This document shows, piece by piece, positions 47,230 through 63,285 of a stretch of DNA of 64,000 nt. The notes under the pieces were generated by a model that did not search any database, was not told the DNA's origin, and saw only the letters and a list, made by a program, of their open reading frames with translations. The position numbers were made by a program, and so were the translations under genes. The stretch is taken from the NCBI RefSeq assembly GCF_009914755.1, contig NC_060935.1; one strand, 5' to 3'. Each line of letters begins with the position of its first letter. Within the stretch, counting starts at the first letter, position 1. The stretch comes from the human T2T-CHM13v2.0 reference genome, Homo sapiens.

Positions 47230-47779
47230 ACATGCCAGAGCTGTGGCCCGTGGTAGCTCACATAGCCTCCACAGCTCAGGACAGTATGCTCTGAGAACTG
47301 ATTGAATGTGACTTTTCATGCTTCCCTGAAGCCTGCTAATGGAACATTGCATGATGCAGAAGGCAGCTTGCATTGCAACACACTGTAATCTGGCTGGAAT
47401 TAAATGAGCTTAAATAACAAATGCTCAGATCGTGGTTACTAATTAAGAGTGATGCCAGAATGTCTATAAATTTTACATATGTTCCTCGTTTGGCTGCAAT
47501 TTTGACAATGAGTAATGCAACACAGACTTGGTCACCTGACCTTCAGGCAGACACTCTGGTTTTTGAGGATCTATAATCCCAGTGAAAATGTTGAGACTGT
47601 AAATCAAATTATGTCCTAAAGACCGCTGCATTGACCAGGGGTGACTAGTTCAGGCATAAGTGTATTAACATGTGTGTATTGGGGGTGGGGAGAATAGTAT
47701 GCCTTACAATAAGATCCGAACAGATGCCAAGGCCAAACACTAGGATGGGCACATATAATTAGTAATGGCCTTCATCCAT

Positions 47780-47906
47780 TTAGGTGGTCCTAGGCTGACG
47801 AGATATTTTATAGGTATTTAATAATAAGTTTTGAAACATGTATGTGAAAATGCTTATGAAAATATTAAATTAAAATTTCCATTAAAATGTAAGACTATAG
47901 TATGAT
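47780..47906 (+). repeat. Copy 2 of a local ~126-bp direct duplication
   Basis: Colinear with 45542-45667 with scattered substitutions and small indels. Confidence 0.93.
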
Positions 47907-50900
47907 CCACTAACAGCTTCATGCATTTATATGTGTCTTACAAATATTTGGTACCCAATAAACAAGGGAAGGTTGAATCTGAAGAAAGATTTCATGTGCT
48001 GCATCATCGCCCCTTTATAGTGATCTTCTTGGGAAATGTTCCTTAAAGCAAGATGATGACGTGTGCAGCACAGTCCTCCAACATCAAGTGCAGACCAGTC
48101 CCTCCAGGACAGCCAAAGTTCATTACTGGTATGAGGTATCCCTTCATTAACTTCTAAACTTTTCTCCCCTTTGAGGTATCCCTGATATAAAGACAAAGTG
48201 TCAATTGCAATTAATCTTTTTCCCCTTTAGAATTAGAACAGAGAAAAATAGTTTTTTATAGATATACCTCTGTCTTACTCTCATCCCACTTCTCACTGTA
48301 TTACCTGCCTGGTCCCATAGGACCCTTCCCCTAGAAGGACTTTTCAGAGAACTGTTATCATAGTTTGGTGACAAACAGCACATGTTTTACATCATAGGCA
48401 CCTATATTCTAATTCTGGGCTTATCCCTCTGAGACAGATGACTTTTTCTGAGTCTCAGTTTCTCTTCAACAAAACATAGATAATAATACCTACTGTACAA
48501 GGTTATGGTGAAGATGAAAGGAAATAATGTACAAACCACATTTAGCACAGGATCTGGTGCAAACAGGCAGTCAAAAAAATAGGAGCCAGTAATATTATTA
48601 ACATTTCTCCTCTCCAGTTATTTTCCTGATGACCTGAATTTTTGGGATGAGTCAACAGTATTGGGTGGTAGGAAGTAGGAATGAATGCTCCTATTTGGTG
48701 GATTGTTGAATACTCTGAAACTTCTTCAGGACTATGCAACAATTGGGTTATGGTTATCAACCAAAATTCAGACCTCTGATTTAAAAAAAATCTATAGATA
48801 TGTATATATCTAATCAGATATCTTGTTTCCCTCACGTTGGATTAGCTAACACGGAAAATATCCCACATTATCAGAATAAGGACAGCATGACAAGTTTGAC
48901 AAAAAGTAAACACCACTATTGCATTGGGGATTTGGGAAACCCAAGGCCAAAAAGTAACTTCAGTCACTGTAGAGTATGTAAGATAGATGTGAAGGTCCAA
49001 CAATATAATTTCCCTCTGTGCTAAAGCTGCCGAACCGTAGAAGACAGTTTTAACTAAAGAGAAAATCTACCAAGGTCTCCTGCAGGGAGTTGTGTTATGT
49101 GAATGGAGTGAGTTTTAATTTTAGTCTGCAGATCAGAGCTCAGTAATACAGCACCACTGTCACCAGCAGGCCTGGGCTTTGTCGTGATGGCTTTCCTTTG
49201 TAACCCTAGTGGTTTGGCATTAGAGTCTCTAGTTTCAGTGTATTAAATATTTACCAACAACCTATTGGCCATATGTCGTTGGAGTGTGTGTGGTGACAGA
49301 CTCACTACTTGGCACCTTTTCAAGTAGATTCTGTAGGATCTGCAGGGTACTGCAGGCTCACAGATCCTTTTTAATAAACAGCTCTTTTGTTCTTTTTTGT
49401 CCTCTTGTTCACTAAGCTGGTGTCAATATAATATGCAGGGTTCTGAGGAGGTAAACTCATTCAATCCTTCTCCTTCTATATTCTGTCTTCCTGGGGTGCC
49501 ATGAACAATATCAATATTCCCTCCTCATTGCTTATTTACCTGACAATATTTGCTTTAATAATGTACAGATGCAGAGGCATTTTCCTTTACAAATAAAATT
49601 ATTCTGAGAGTTGAATTCTGCTTACGTTCCTTAGTTGCCAATGAGTTCTGGTTCATTTTATGCTGTTTTAAGGAAAACTCACATGAAATTATGAACTTTG
49701 GATTCAGGCTTGGATTTTCAAATGGAAAGCAATTCCCTAAATAAGATGTAGCTGTATATGACACTAAACAAGCTTGAGAGATGTTTTGAAATGAAATATA
49801 TATATTTGATTGAAATTGACTAAACTTGTGAAGAATCAGATATCCTCTATGATGACAGTTCTGTTTCAGCTCAGATCAACTCAACAGATGTTTCCAGAGG
49901 GCCTGCTTTGTCTGTGTTTCTTCCTTTGCTAGGCATGCAATTAAAGATCAATAAGATAATTTCTTCCCAAGGTTTATGGGGTTGTCCATCATTGTTTTGA
50001 AACTAGTAGTTCTCTCCAACACCTTGACGTATACAAAATGGCAATAGCTTTTATTTCTAAAGATGCTTACTTAAAGCAAACATATTGTTATGAGTGCATA
50101 AATTCATAGCTTTATCAATTATATACAGCCAACATTAGTTTCCATTCTCTTACAGTCTTTACAATCTGCAATCTTTGTAGATCTGCGATAGTAGATCTAC
50201 ATTTGAGCAACTCACTTGTTGATACATGAGGTAATATTGACTTCTGATTCTTCAAAGAACCTGAAATTATGTCATTTTTCAGGGGTTTAGGGAAAAATGA
50301 GAATCTTATTCTGAATTTAAGCTTAGTAAAGACCTTGGCGTTCCATACTTCTCAACTGATACTCTTTTACCTGTATTGTATGAGGTGAAAACATGTTATT
50401 AGTACAGAGTTTCGATGTGTTCTGAATTTGAGCATCAAAGCAAGGAGAGCCATAGAGAGTTAAATGTGGACCAGGTTTCAGTCATGACCCCTGAAACCAC
50501 TTTCTTTACAGTTTAGAACTGGATAAATAAATAGATAGGTCTAGATATTCAATATTGTTCTGAAATTGTGTTTTTAAAATATCAAAATGCTGATTAGGCA
50601 AGTTATAATAAATAATGCATTATATGCCAGACAAAATAACTTATTGATCATAGCCAGTCACAATTATTTAATATTTTAATGTGTAAGTTTTATAGTGTAT
50701 ATAATAGGAGGTGCAAGTTTTGTCTATCAGCCTAGAGTGGGCAAAGTTAGAATATGTTTCAATGTTAATAAAATCATCTGTACTTGTTGTATATGTGTAA
50801 TATAGCATGCTGTAATCAGTTTCAGTTTACTGTGGGATCCATATTGCATGTTTAAGTGCTTAAGAAAGGAGGTATTTCAGGTATTACAGCTATAATATCA

Positions 50901-52614
50901 GTGGAGAGAGCTCCGACTTAAGAATTAAGTGCTGAGGTTGTAATTCCTGGTTTTACTACTTAAATTTAAAGACTTTTTCACATATTTAATATCATTATTT
51001 TGTTATGGTCAAGATTTAAGAAACTGTCCAGATTTTGGTGATTTCAAAATAACAGGTTAATACCAAATAATGACAATCATAACTGACATTTGTGCTGTGC
51101 TTGCTATACACCAGGCACTTTCTAAATATTCTCTATATATTTACACACAATACTCCTTAGGTCAGTACTGTTGACTGCAAGCAATTATAATCCAGTGAAA
51201 GACAAGAAAACTGATAATCACACCCAATCAAATTTTCAGGTTAGGATGGGATACTAAGGAACATATCATAGGAGGATATAATAACTTCCTGTAAAATATG
51301 GGATGTGTGTATGTGTACACATGTGGGCAGAAGGTGTGGGGCTATGATAAAGCTTGGGAGGAGAAAAGGTAGAGAGCAAAAATATCCCAGGCTGAAGAAA
51401 CAATATTACAATGCTATCTCTGAGACAGTGAAAATTATTTATTTTGATTAGAGCAGATTAGGTGGTCAGGGATGAGGTGAGTAATTGAGAGATGAGATGA
51501 GGTGAGACTGGAGAAGTCCCTATCACAAAGGTCTTTATTTTAAGGTACATTGAGGAATTTGGATTGTATCTTAAAGGTAGCCCATTGGCCTCCCCATGTC
51601 CGCGCCATTCATTATTAATCAACTATGACACTGAGCTTCAGAATCCTTCTGAACATAGCTCTCTAAGGTTGCCACTAAAAATTAATAGAAGTTGGCAATG
51701 AAATTGAATTGATACATGTTATTGTTATTAATGACATTTTAGAAACAATCATTCATTTTATTCCTATTTTATAGATGAGGAAATTGAGATTCACTGAAGG
51801 AGAAAGATTACACTTCTTTCACTTTGGCCTGAGCTAAGAAAAATGTGCTTCTGTTTATTCCCCCAAGATGACAACTTAAGTCTTTGAGTCTATCAGTTCC
51901 AGGCAAGGGTCAAGCTCCACAGGACCAGCCATCAGGGAAATAACATGACTTGTTATTTCCAGACTACGTTCAGGTATGTGTCCACTACAGACTCAGGCAC
52001 ACAATTTCTCTGATTTCGACTAATAGTTGGACTATTTTCCTTTTCAGTTTCTAAGCACAAAAGTATTTATTCCATTTGTTCTCATTTCAGATAAGAGATC
52101 TTGTTGCCTCCAACTGAGCTTGGGTCCTTAAGGACTTGAGTTTGTTTGTTCCTAAATCTGGCTTTGGGGGTTGGATAACATATCTATTTTATAGCTTCCT
52201 CTCCTTTTCCTTTAAACAGAACAGCTGGTCATGCTCCCTCTCTCGGACAATAGAACTTGAATGAGTCTAAAGAGGCCCAGAGCTTCAAAACAAAAAGTTT
52301 ACCTGTAGGAGTGAAGGTAAGATAATGTCACTGCCTAAAATGTCACTCATTCTTGCATGAATGATGACAGAACTATCTGGAATCTTTGTTGCTAAAGCTT
52401 ATGAAAATTAAATCAAGTTAAAGATACACGGATGAAGAAATGATGTCTTAGATATAGGATGACTTTCCCACAGTCGCATAGCTAAGAGATACATGATCAG
52501 GCTTTGAATGTTTGAGTGATCCCAAACCCTGTGTTCTAGCCCCAGTACTGTGTGGCTGCTGGGATAAAACTATTCTCTCTTAGGAGTAAGATGACATTTT
52601 CAGTCATGGTCATT

Positions 52615-53020
52615 ATGGTGTTATGGGTGGAGGCATGGACTTGAGCCAGACTGTGGCCAGAATGCCTTGAATCTGAATCCCCAGCCTTGCTATTTATAAA
52701 CAGTATGACTTCAAGCAAGTTGCTTAACCTCTCAGACTCAATTTTCTTACATGCATAAAGCAAATCATGATTATCTTGTTGGGAGGATTGCGTTTGATCA
52801 GTGGTTTCAAATTTGAGGGGTGCACAGAATCACCTGAAAGACTTGTTAAAATACAGAGTCCTGGCCCCATCCTAGAGCTCTGATTCCACAGGTCAGGAAT
52901 GGATCCTGAGAATTTGCATTTTTTTCTCAAGTTCCCAGGAGATGCTGAGCTCTTGGTGAGTATGAGAATTCTTACATGAGGTAATATAAGTACAGTGTCT
53001 AGTTTAGTGAGTAGCTTATT
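52615..53020 (+). mobile_element. MIR interrupted by MER5A
   Basis: gacttcaagcaagttgcttaacctctcagactcaattttc before, and tacagtgtctagtttagtgagtagc after, the insertion. Confidence 0.7.
52799..52965. mobile_element. MER5A hAT-Charlie MITE
   Basis: cagtggtttcaaa..cagaatcacctgaaagacttgttaaaatacaga..gagaatttgcattttt..caagttcccaggagatgctga. Confidence 0.85.
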
Positions 53021-56000
53021 TGGTGTCAGTCATTCCTTCCCCCTTCCTAACAAAGGATAAAAGCTTTGAGGAAATGGAATGACAAACAAGTTTTGATCAG
53101 GGAAGAAAAGAAAGAAGGGAAAGCTACTCGATTAATTTAAAATGCTATCACCTAATGAAAATCCCGAGGGAAAACTGTAGTGGTAGGAGATCCTGGAAAA
53201 GGGGAAGTGTATGGAGAAAGAAGGGAGGTGTAGGAAGGCTAAAACAAGTGGAGAGGGTCACAGGCAGGGAAAGCGGTGAAGATCAAAGTTAAAGTTTAGT
53301 AGGTACATTTATCCTTAAAGACAGACCTGGCTGTGGCTTCAGACCGATTTGCAGGCAGTTTCTCAGGCAGCTGCTTTCTTGGCCTTCCTTGAACACTGAC
53401 TGCTTTCCCTTTTGCAAAATGTACCAACATAATTATCTCACTTGTTCATCTCAATAAACCTGCATGGCAGGGACTGGTATTACCATTTTGTGTATGTATA
53501 AACTGAGACTCAAAGAAGTGAAAGATTTACCCAAGTTCCGACAGATAGGAAGAACTTAGATCCTGAGTTCCAAATTGCTTTTTTTCATCCTCTATGCTGA
53601 CTTCTTATGTCTCTCATCTCAAAGTGTTAGGTACAATCTCTGAACAAAGAAACTAACCCCAAGAACAAAGGCTGATGTGTCCAAAATGTGGTTCTAATCT
53701 CATATGTCTCTTATACCTTGAGGTGATAAGAATGCTTGAGTTGTGCTTTTTACCTCCAGGCTGGAGCCCTGGACTGGTCTCCTTTGCACAATCTTCTGCC
53801 CAGGCAGAGCCTACCTGACAGCCTGGGTGTGCCCTGGAGCAGCACTGGGATTTTCCGGGATCTGGTAGGCCTGCTTTCTTGCCTTTTCATAACACTCAGT
53901 CTTTGAGGATATACATGCAGCTTTCCCTTTGCATTATTTAAGAGATGGTTTCCAGTAAGGCAAACAGTTGAATTCTAAGTCTCTCTGTGATGCTGGCTTT
54001 AGGATTTTCTAACTTAAAAATAAAATTGCTTTTTTCTCCTTCACTCACTTAATCGCTGAAATGCCAGTAAATGGTACCGATGCTTTTCCCAGTCTGAAGC
54101 CACTGCTGTGAAAACATGGGGAATCTTCTTGGAGAGTGGTCAAATTCTTTGTGCAGCATCTCTTATGGGAAAATACAAGCTCTAGGCTAGTCTGTGATCA
54201 TTTTCATCACAAGCACAGTTGGCCTACCGAATGATGGATTAATTGGTTTCTGGATTCCTTTAGCACCTACAATAAAGATGAGTAGGAAACCATCTATAAC
54301 CTTGGGGAAAATATAGTCTTGAAAGGGCGGGTTTGGCACCCCTTTATGTAATTTATACAAAATCTTAAAGAGGAACTCTTTACTGTAATCCTCATAGTGT
54401 CGGAAATTGCACTGATAGATAATTAGCTTTATCAGGAAACTACGTAGGTCTTCTATTTGTAAAACAGCCCATTGCTACAATGCAACCTGCATTGTTGTTT
54501 TCTTTCCTCCTCAAACTTTTAGAATTTCAATGGCTGCTTCTTTTCAAAAATTTGTCAGCCTCTCCTTGATTTTCTTATGGTTTATCAGGCTAGCTGCACA
54601 GTTCATTGTAATCTCAAGATGGCCTCTATCTTGGCTGTCTTAGAATACAGTTGGGCGATACCACAAACATCCTTTTCTTAATGTTTTCTTTCATGTGGAT
54701 GAAATGTTACTAGTGCAGTCCTCCTGCTTCTAACTGACTCCTGGACAGGGTGGAGGGGAGACTTAATCTGATAGATGACTTTGAAAAACTCAGCCCCTTT
54801 CTCTCCTTTACCTTCAGGGGAACTTACCTGCTTGCAGAGGGCATGAGTTTAGTGACAAAGGCCCTGTTCCTACGGACAGATGACTGCAGCTTTCCAGAAC
54901 TATCTATGACTACATAGATGTCTGCTAATTCTAAAGTTTAGTATGAAGAAACCTACACATCAGCAGGTGTAAGCTACATTCTCCAAAATCAGCTTTCTCA
55001 AATATTTATCAGTGTCTTATTTATCAGTGTCTCCAGAGCGGGGATGTGGAAGAGTTGTATTATTTGTTGGACTCAAATTTTAAATCTCCCAAAATAGAAA
55101 CACCCTAAGCATTTGCATTTGAAGAGTTTATTGCTATTTAATATGAGAAAGTGATATTTATTTATTCAGCAGATATGTTTGTTGAATGTCAAATCTGTAC
55201 CCAGAATTATGCCAGACTCTTGAGATACAAAGATAAGCTCAAAGAGCTTAGGGGTCAGTAGGTGGGACTCCACAGAAGCAGGAATTTCCTTGTACTATGA
55301 TATTTGCTATAACAATATAAATTTGTACAAAGTGTGAAGAAAAGTTAAAAAACAAAAACAAAGCAAACATGTCCTGATAGAAACTACAAGGCTGGGAATT
55401 TACACACACTCCAAACATGTCTAGCAATCCTACAGTCAAAGTTTCCACTTTATAATTTTCTTCTTCCCAATTTGTAATCTAATATTCTTTTGCTTTCTTT
55501 TTTTCTGCATGGGATAGTGAGAAAGATGTTGGGCTCAGCATTCTCAGCTCTACAGTCCAGGTTCCAATCCTGGCTCTGCATCTTTGAGTGTGGGCTTTGG
55601 AAATCTGTCCCCAGCATAATGGGAATTAAATAGTACCAGCCTGATAACTGGTACAGAGAAAAAACTCATTAGATATTAATATGAACTTTTATTAATAATT
55701 ATGTTATTTATTATTATATTGTTTAATAATATAGTATTTATTCAATAAATCTTTATCAAGCACATCTTCTATTGCAGGCACAGTTCTAGGGTCTGGGAAT
55801 CCTCAATGAATACAATAAATTCTTTCTTCTCCCTCAGGAGTTTATTCATTTCCAGTCTCTAATCTAGAAGGCCTTTTCCTCCCATGAAGGATCTTCATTC
55901 TGAAGGTTGGTATGTAAATTCAGCCAGAGTAGTCGGTGTGAACTTGAAACCTAGGAAACTTCCATCTCCTTATAGTTTTTAACCCTTTGAGGATAAGTTT

Positions 56001-58498
56001 TGTAACTATATTTTCCAAATGTAACACCATTGTCTGCTGACAATCTGTTCTACATTAATACGCCATTTTTTTATTCCACATTCTTCTCCAACACAATTTT
56101 ACTACTCCAGAAAACTTTTGCCCATAAATTTAAAAATCCAAAGAATGACTTCTCTTTCTTTCAGCAAGTTACCCATAACTCATTTAAAACTGCTCAGTTT
56201 TTTTAATAGACAGCATGAAACAACTGCTTCCTCTCTAAGCCTCCTTGAAACTCTTGCTTTTAAAATCCTTACTTCGATATATCCACCAATCATAAACCAT
56301 TATATTATAATCCTTATCCAATCAAATCAAAGGCCCACCTTAAACCAGCACCACCCCACCCAACCTCATAAATATCTTAGCTTTGCCCTCCTACCTTGAA
56401 ACATTACCGTATCTCTGTCAAGGTAGTAAATTCTCACAGCAGTGAGCAATAAACTCAGTTTTGCTTGACTAATAGGTTATTTTAGTGATATTTTAAAAAT
56501 AAAACAATATTTAAAACTTGCCTTTGTCATCATGACTTTATCTTCACCTCTTTCTAACTGTATGACTTTGGGCAAATTCCTTGATTTTTGTCAGCCTGGG
56601 TTTTCTAAATGGAGATGATAAGAACTGAACAAATGTATAGGATTGTTGTGAAGGTTAAATGGAATAAGCCATACAGCTTACTAAGTTCATTCAGCTCTGA
56701 GCTATGACTAGCTCTAAATAATGGCGAGAAAATGAAGTGTCATGATTTTTGAGCTGTTTGGCCCTTGTACTTCTTGTTGGGATTTGGTAACCTGATTATA
56801 AAAGCAGATTTTACACTGTGGCTACAAGAAGCTCATGTACACACTGCACTTTGGGGTATACCACTTGATTTTTTAAGTGGAGATAAAATTCAACAATAGT
56901 AGAGTTGAAACATTCCTCTCAGTTTTTTCCAAGCATTTCCTAGATCAGCAAATTTGGCCAGACTGACAAAAACTTAAGGAAATAAATTTTCAGGAGACAT
57001 AAGCAGAGGAACCCTTTTGACATGACAAAGCTGTTCATGCCGGTAGCAGAATGGATTGCCAATTGGCTTCATTTAACTTAATTTTGGTCCCAGACAGATA
57101 GGCTCCAAGGGAGGGGATGGTGGAGGGTGGGAGGGGCAGGGGCTAGGGTCGGGGGGCTAGGAGGCCCAGGGATCACTGAGCAGCCTGGGAGCAGACTTTG
57201 TGATCTGATGAAAACATACATTCGCAGCTCTGGATGGAGGGAAATGGTGCTTTGACTGAGAAACTTTATGAGTTCTGGAGACTTTGCATCTTACTCTGAA
57301 GAGGAAAAATACATAGATTATAGCAATTTTGATTCTTTCTTATCATCCAGAACTTGGTTGAGATTTCCTAAGTCTTCTATGAAATAAACTGCTCCTCTAA
57401 TTCTATTTTGGTTTAATGAATATTTGATGGATTGATTTATCATTTAGCATATATTTATTTAGCACCAATTTCATCTAAAACATGTTGTCCCTTAACATGC
57501 ATCTAGTTATATAGGATAGGTAAATACAATTATTAAAATGTATTGTGTTAATGTTATGGAATGTCATTCACAGGTGGACCTGGAAGGGACAAGCTAATCT
57601 CCATTTTTTTAATCTGTAGTAGTTAATTTTATGTTTCAATTTGATTGCATTAAAGGATGCCCTTTAATTCAATCATTAAGTTTTACGCTGGTAAAAGATA
57701 ACTTTGGGAGTATCTGTGAGGACGTTTCTGGAAGAGATTAGCATTTGAATCAGACATACCCTCACTAACATGGGTGGGCACCATCTAATCTGTGGAGGGC
57801 CTCTGATCGAACAAATAAGTGGAGGAGGGGTAAGTTCTCTCTCTCTCTCTCTCTCTCTCTTTCTGAGCTGAGACATCCATATTCTCCTGCCCTCAGACAT
57901 TAGAGTTCCCGGTTCTTGGGGCTTGGTACTTACACCTATGGCCCCCTTTCTTCTCAGACCTTCAATTTTGGACTAAATTACACCACTGCCTTTCTTGTTT
58001 TTCCAATTTGCAGACAATCGTGAGACTTCTCAGCCTCCATAATCACATGAGGCAATTCCCATATTAATCTCCTCATATGTATATATGCATACATATATGT
58101 GGACCCTTGAACAATGCAGAGGTTGGGGGTGCCCACTCCCTGCACTGTCAAAAGTTCACATAAAACTTTTGGCTCAGGAAACCTTAATTACCAATAGCCT
58201 ACTGTTGATTGGAAGGTTTCTGATAATATAAACCGTCAATTAACACATATTTTATATGTTCTATATATTATACACTGTATTCTTACAATAAAGTAAGCTA
58301 AAGAAAAGAAAATCATAAGGAAGAGTAAACAGTTTTACTATAATCTATTAAGTGGAAGTGGATCATCATAAAGGTTTGCATCTTTATTGTCTTCACCTTG
58401 AGTAGGCTGAGGAGGAGGATGAGGAGGGGTGGGTCTTGCTGTCTCAGGGGTGAGAGATGCAAAGGAGGTGAAAGGGGAGGCAGGAGAGGCAGACATAT

Positions 58499-60469
<1,971 letters not shown>

Positions 60470-61053
60470 GATGTTATTCAGGCTTTTCAGTATTGCACTA
60501 AACACAATGAAAAATACACAAGAACTGTGAAATATCATTTTTACTGCAATACACCATTTACTGGAGATGATTACCATCACAGAGAGTTTTAAGTGAATAC
60601 TTCTAACACTTGAGCTCACCACGATAGCAACAGGAGGTAGCTAAAGAATCATTACAGTAGCACAGTATGTACTACAGTTAATTTTATGCAGTTAGAACTT
60701 AATACTGCATCTTTACATTTGCTTACATTTCTCTCAACTGTGAATAACATACCATATATTGTCTGTGTTTGTGTGCGTAGGTTTTGATAAATTTTAACTT
60801 TTTATATTAGATATGTGTATATTTTATGAGAGTAAATAATGAAATAGACTAGTATCTACATATATGTTTTGCATTCATGACATACCTAATTTTTTCATAA
60901 TTATAAACATATTTCTGGGCTACAGTGTTTGTGAGTTGTTTTAAATTGTCACAAATCAAAAATTTTCCAAATATATTTATTGAAAAAAAATCTGCTTATA
61001 AGTGGACCTGCACTGTTCAAACATGTGTTGTTCAGCTTCTCAAGGGCCAACTG

Positions 61054-61119
61054 TGTATGTATATATATATATATATACACATGTATATACACACACAGTG
61101 TATATATACATTTATACAT

Positions 61120-61150
<31 letters not shown>
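61054..61150. repeat. Compound (TA)n/(CA)n microsatellite within the MLT2 LTR
   Basis: Directly visible. Confidence 0.9.
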
Positions 61151-61152
<2 letters not shown>

Positions 61153-61879
61153 TGTGTGTACAGTTGGCTGTTTCTCTGGAGAACCCTAACTAATACATAA
61201 TCTATTTGATTTTCAATGTATTATGACTCAATTATGTAAGACAATTACAGTATTTCTATAACTATGTCAAACCAGACCAGATTATGACAATTATCAATAT
61301 ACAGCTGAACCACATTTAATTACTCTGTTATGACATGTTGTCAGATAGGCTGCAGCTAAATCATAGTCCTAGAGCACAATACCAGCATGTGACAGGGGCC
61401 TGATTATGGCAAAGTGAAGCCTATTGCATTTTCTTCTTTGAACTGCAAATATATTGATAGTCTAGAATATGTCTATACTATGGAAATTAGTTAAATTTCA
61501 GGAGCCATGATTTTTTTGTTGTCTGACCACCAAATTGGAGGACATTTTGCCTGGCAAAAAGGTCTATGTTAGGTAAGAATAGAAAGGAGCTAGGGAGGCT
61601 TAGTGTATGCAATATTTGTGCTAATAAATTTTACATAATCCTTTGTTACAGTAGACCAGTTGTTTCAAGTATAATATCACCTGTAGTCTGCTTTCAAGCA
61701 CTGTCAACATAATCACTAAAAAAATTAATCAAACACTTTTTTTCCTAAGCTTATATAATGTCAATAAGTATGAGTTGATTTTTTTTCTTCTCTCAAATTT
61801 ATCCGGTTGACGGACTTGAATCTATAATGAGCTGTTTTGGTATTAGTAGCATCTGAGTTTGGATTTTACTGAAAGAAGT

Positions 61880-62310
61880 ACCTAATACAGGGACTTCTGA
61901 ACTGGGAAGGTAGTCCCAGTAAGCAGGGATGGAGAGTCCAGGAGAGAGAGAGACAGGGAAGGAGGAAAGGCCAACGTAAGAGTAAAGCATCGAGGTAGCT
62001 GCTCAGTCCTCCTGAGAGGTGTGAGTGTCTCCCAGAATTGTCTATCTGGGGGAGGGAGGCTGGCTTGTGTACCCACCAACTCTTGACCTCATTGGTTGAG
62101 AATTACCCCCACAGACATGAATTCTTCTGCATTTCTGGGCTGCCTTTCCAGCTGAATGGACTCCTGTTGCCTCAGAAAAGACCTCCAGACGGAGCTGAAG
62201 ACAGAGGATACTCACAGAGGAAGGTGAGTCTTAGCTCTCTTGAAATAATGCACTATAACTGCAGCTAAAATCACAGGTATGCCCATGGCATGGGAAGAGG
62301 GGCACCAAAG
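61880..62310. mobile_element. Old ERVL-type LTR remnant
   Basis: gtcccagtaagcaggga..gagacagggaaggaggaaaggccaa, acccaccaactc..attggttgag motifs recalled from old ERVL LTRs; family not assigned. Confidence 0.4.
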
Positions 62311-62943
62311 ACATCTTCTACATGTGCCCTTTCATCTTTACACATCTTATTTATGCCCTTTCCCTCAGAGCGAGTGCCAAATCAAACCCGATCATTTGAA
62401 GGAAATCATCTTCACTGGCCTTGCGTAAACACCCCTGTGTCCTCAGAAGCGAATGTAAAGATTCAAAGAAAAGAATTGCTGTTAAAATGAACTCCTAGAA
62501 GCATGAATAATTCAATATGTCTTCTTCAAGGTACATTTATATCACCTTAGCTTCTCAACAAAAAAGCCAGGAGAAAGAAGAAGTCAGAGTTTGTCCATGT
62601 GGTGGAGGTAGGATGTGCATTTTTATTGCTTATTCACTGGCTGCAAAAGGAACTTTGAAGGCCATCTTCATAATTGATTAAGCCCACTGGTCCAGGTTGG
62701 TTTCTTTTCTCTAGATGAAGTTTGGGGCCACAGGTAGCCACTGGCCATGGCTAACTTTTGCCCTCTTTCCTTCTCCCTGTGTACCTGGGCATTTACTGCA
62801 GATATGAAGAAATAGATAACCTCTTTGCTGACTTCAGTGTCAGCAAGATCTCCTGCCATGAAGAGTTCCTTGCAGGCAGAGTTCCATGCTTGCTACCTCT
62901 GGTGGGGGGCACACTTGAATGTCAGAGGGGCTGGAGGGCTTGA

Positions 62944-63285
<342 letters not shown>

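Noticed and set aside
54823-54831. Perfect minus-strand splice donor CAG|GTAAGT
   Set aside because: No matching acceptor with a pyrimidine tract at exon distance; isolated donors are expected by chance
60925-61200. Four overlapping ORFs with YI/HT/CV repeats
   Set aside because: Translation of TA/CA microsatellites
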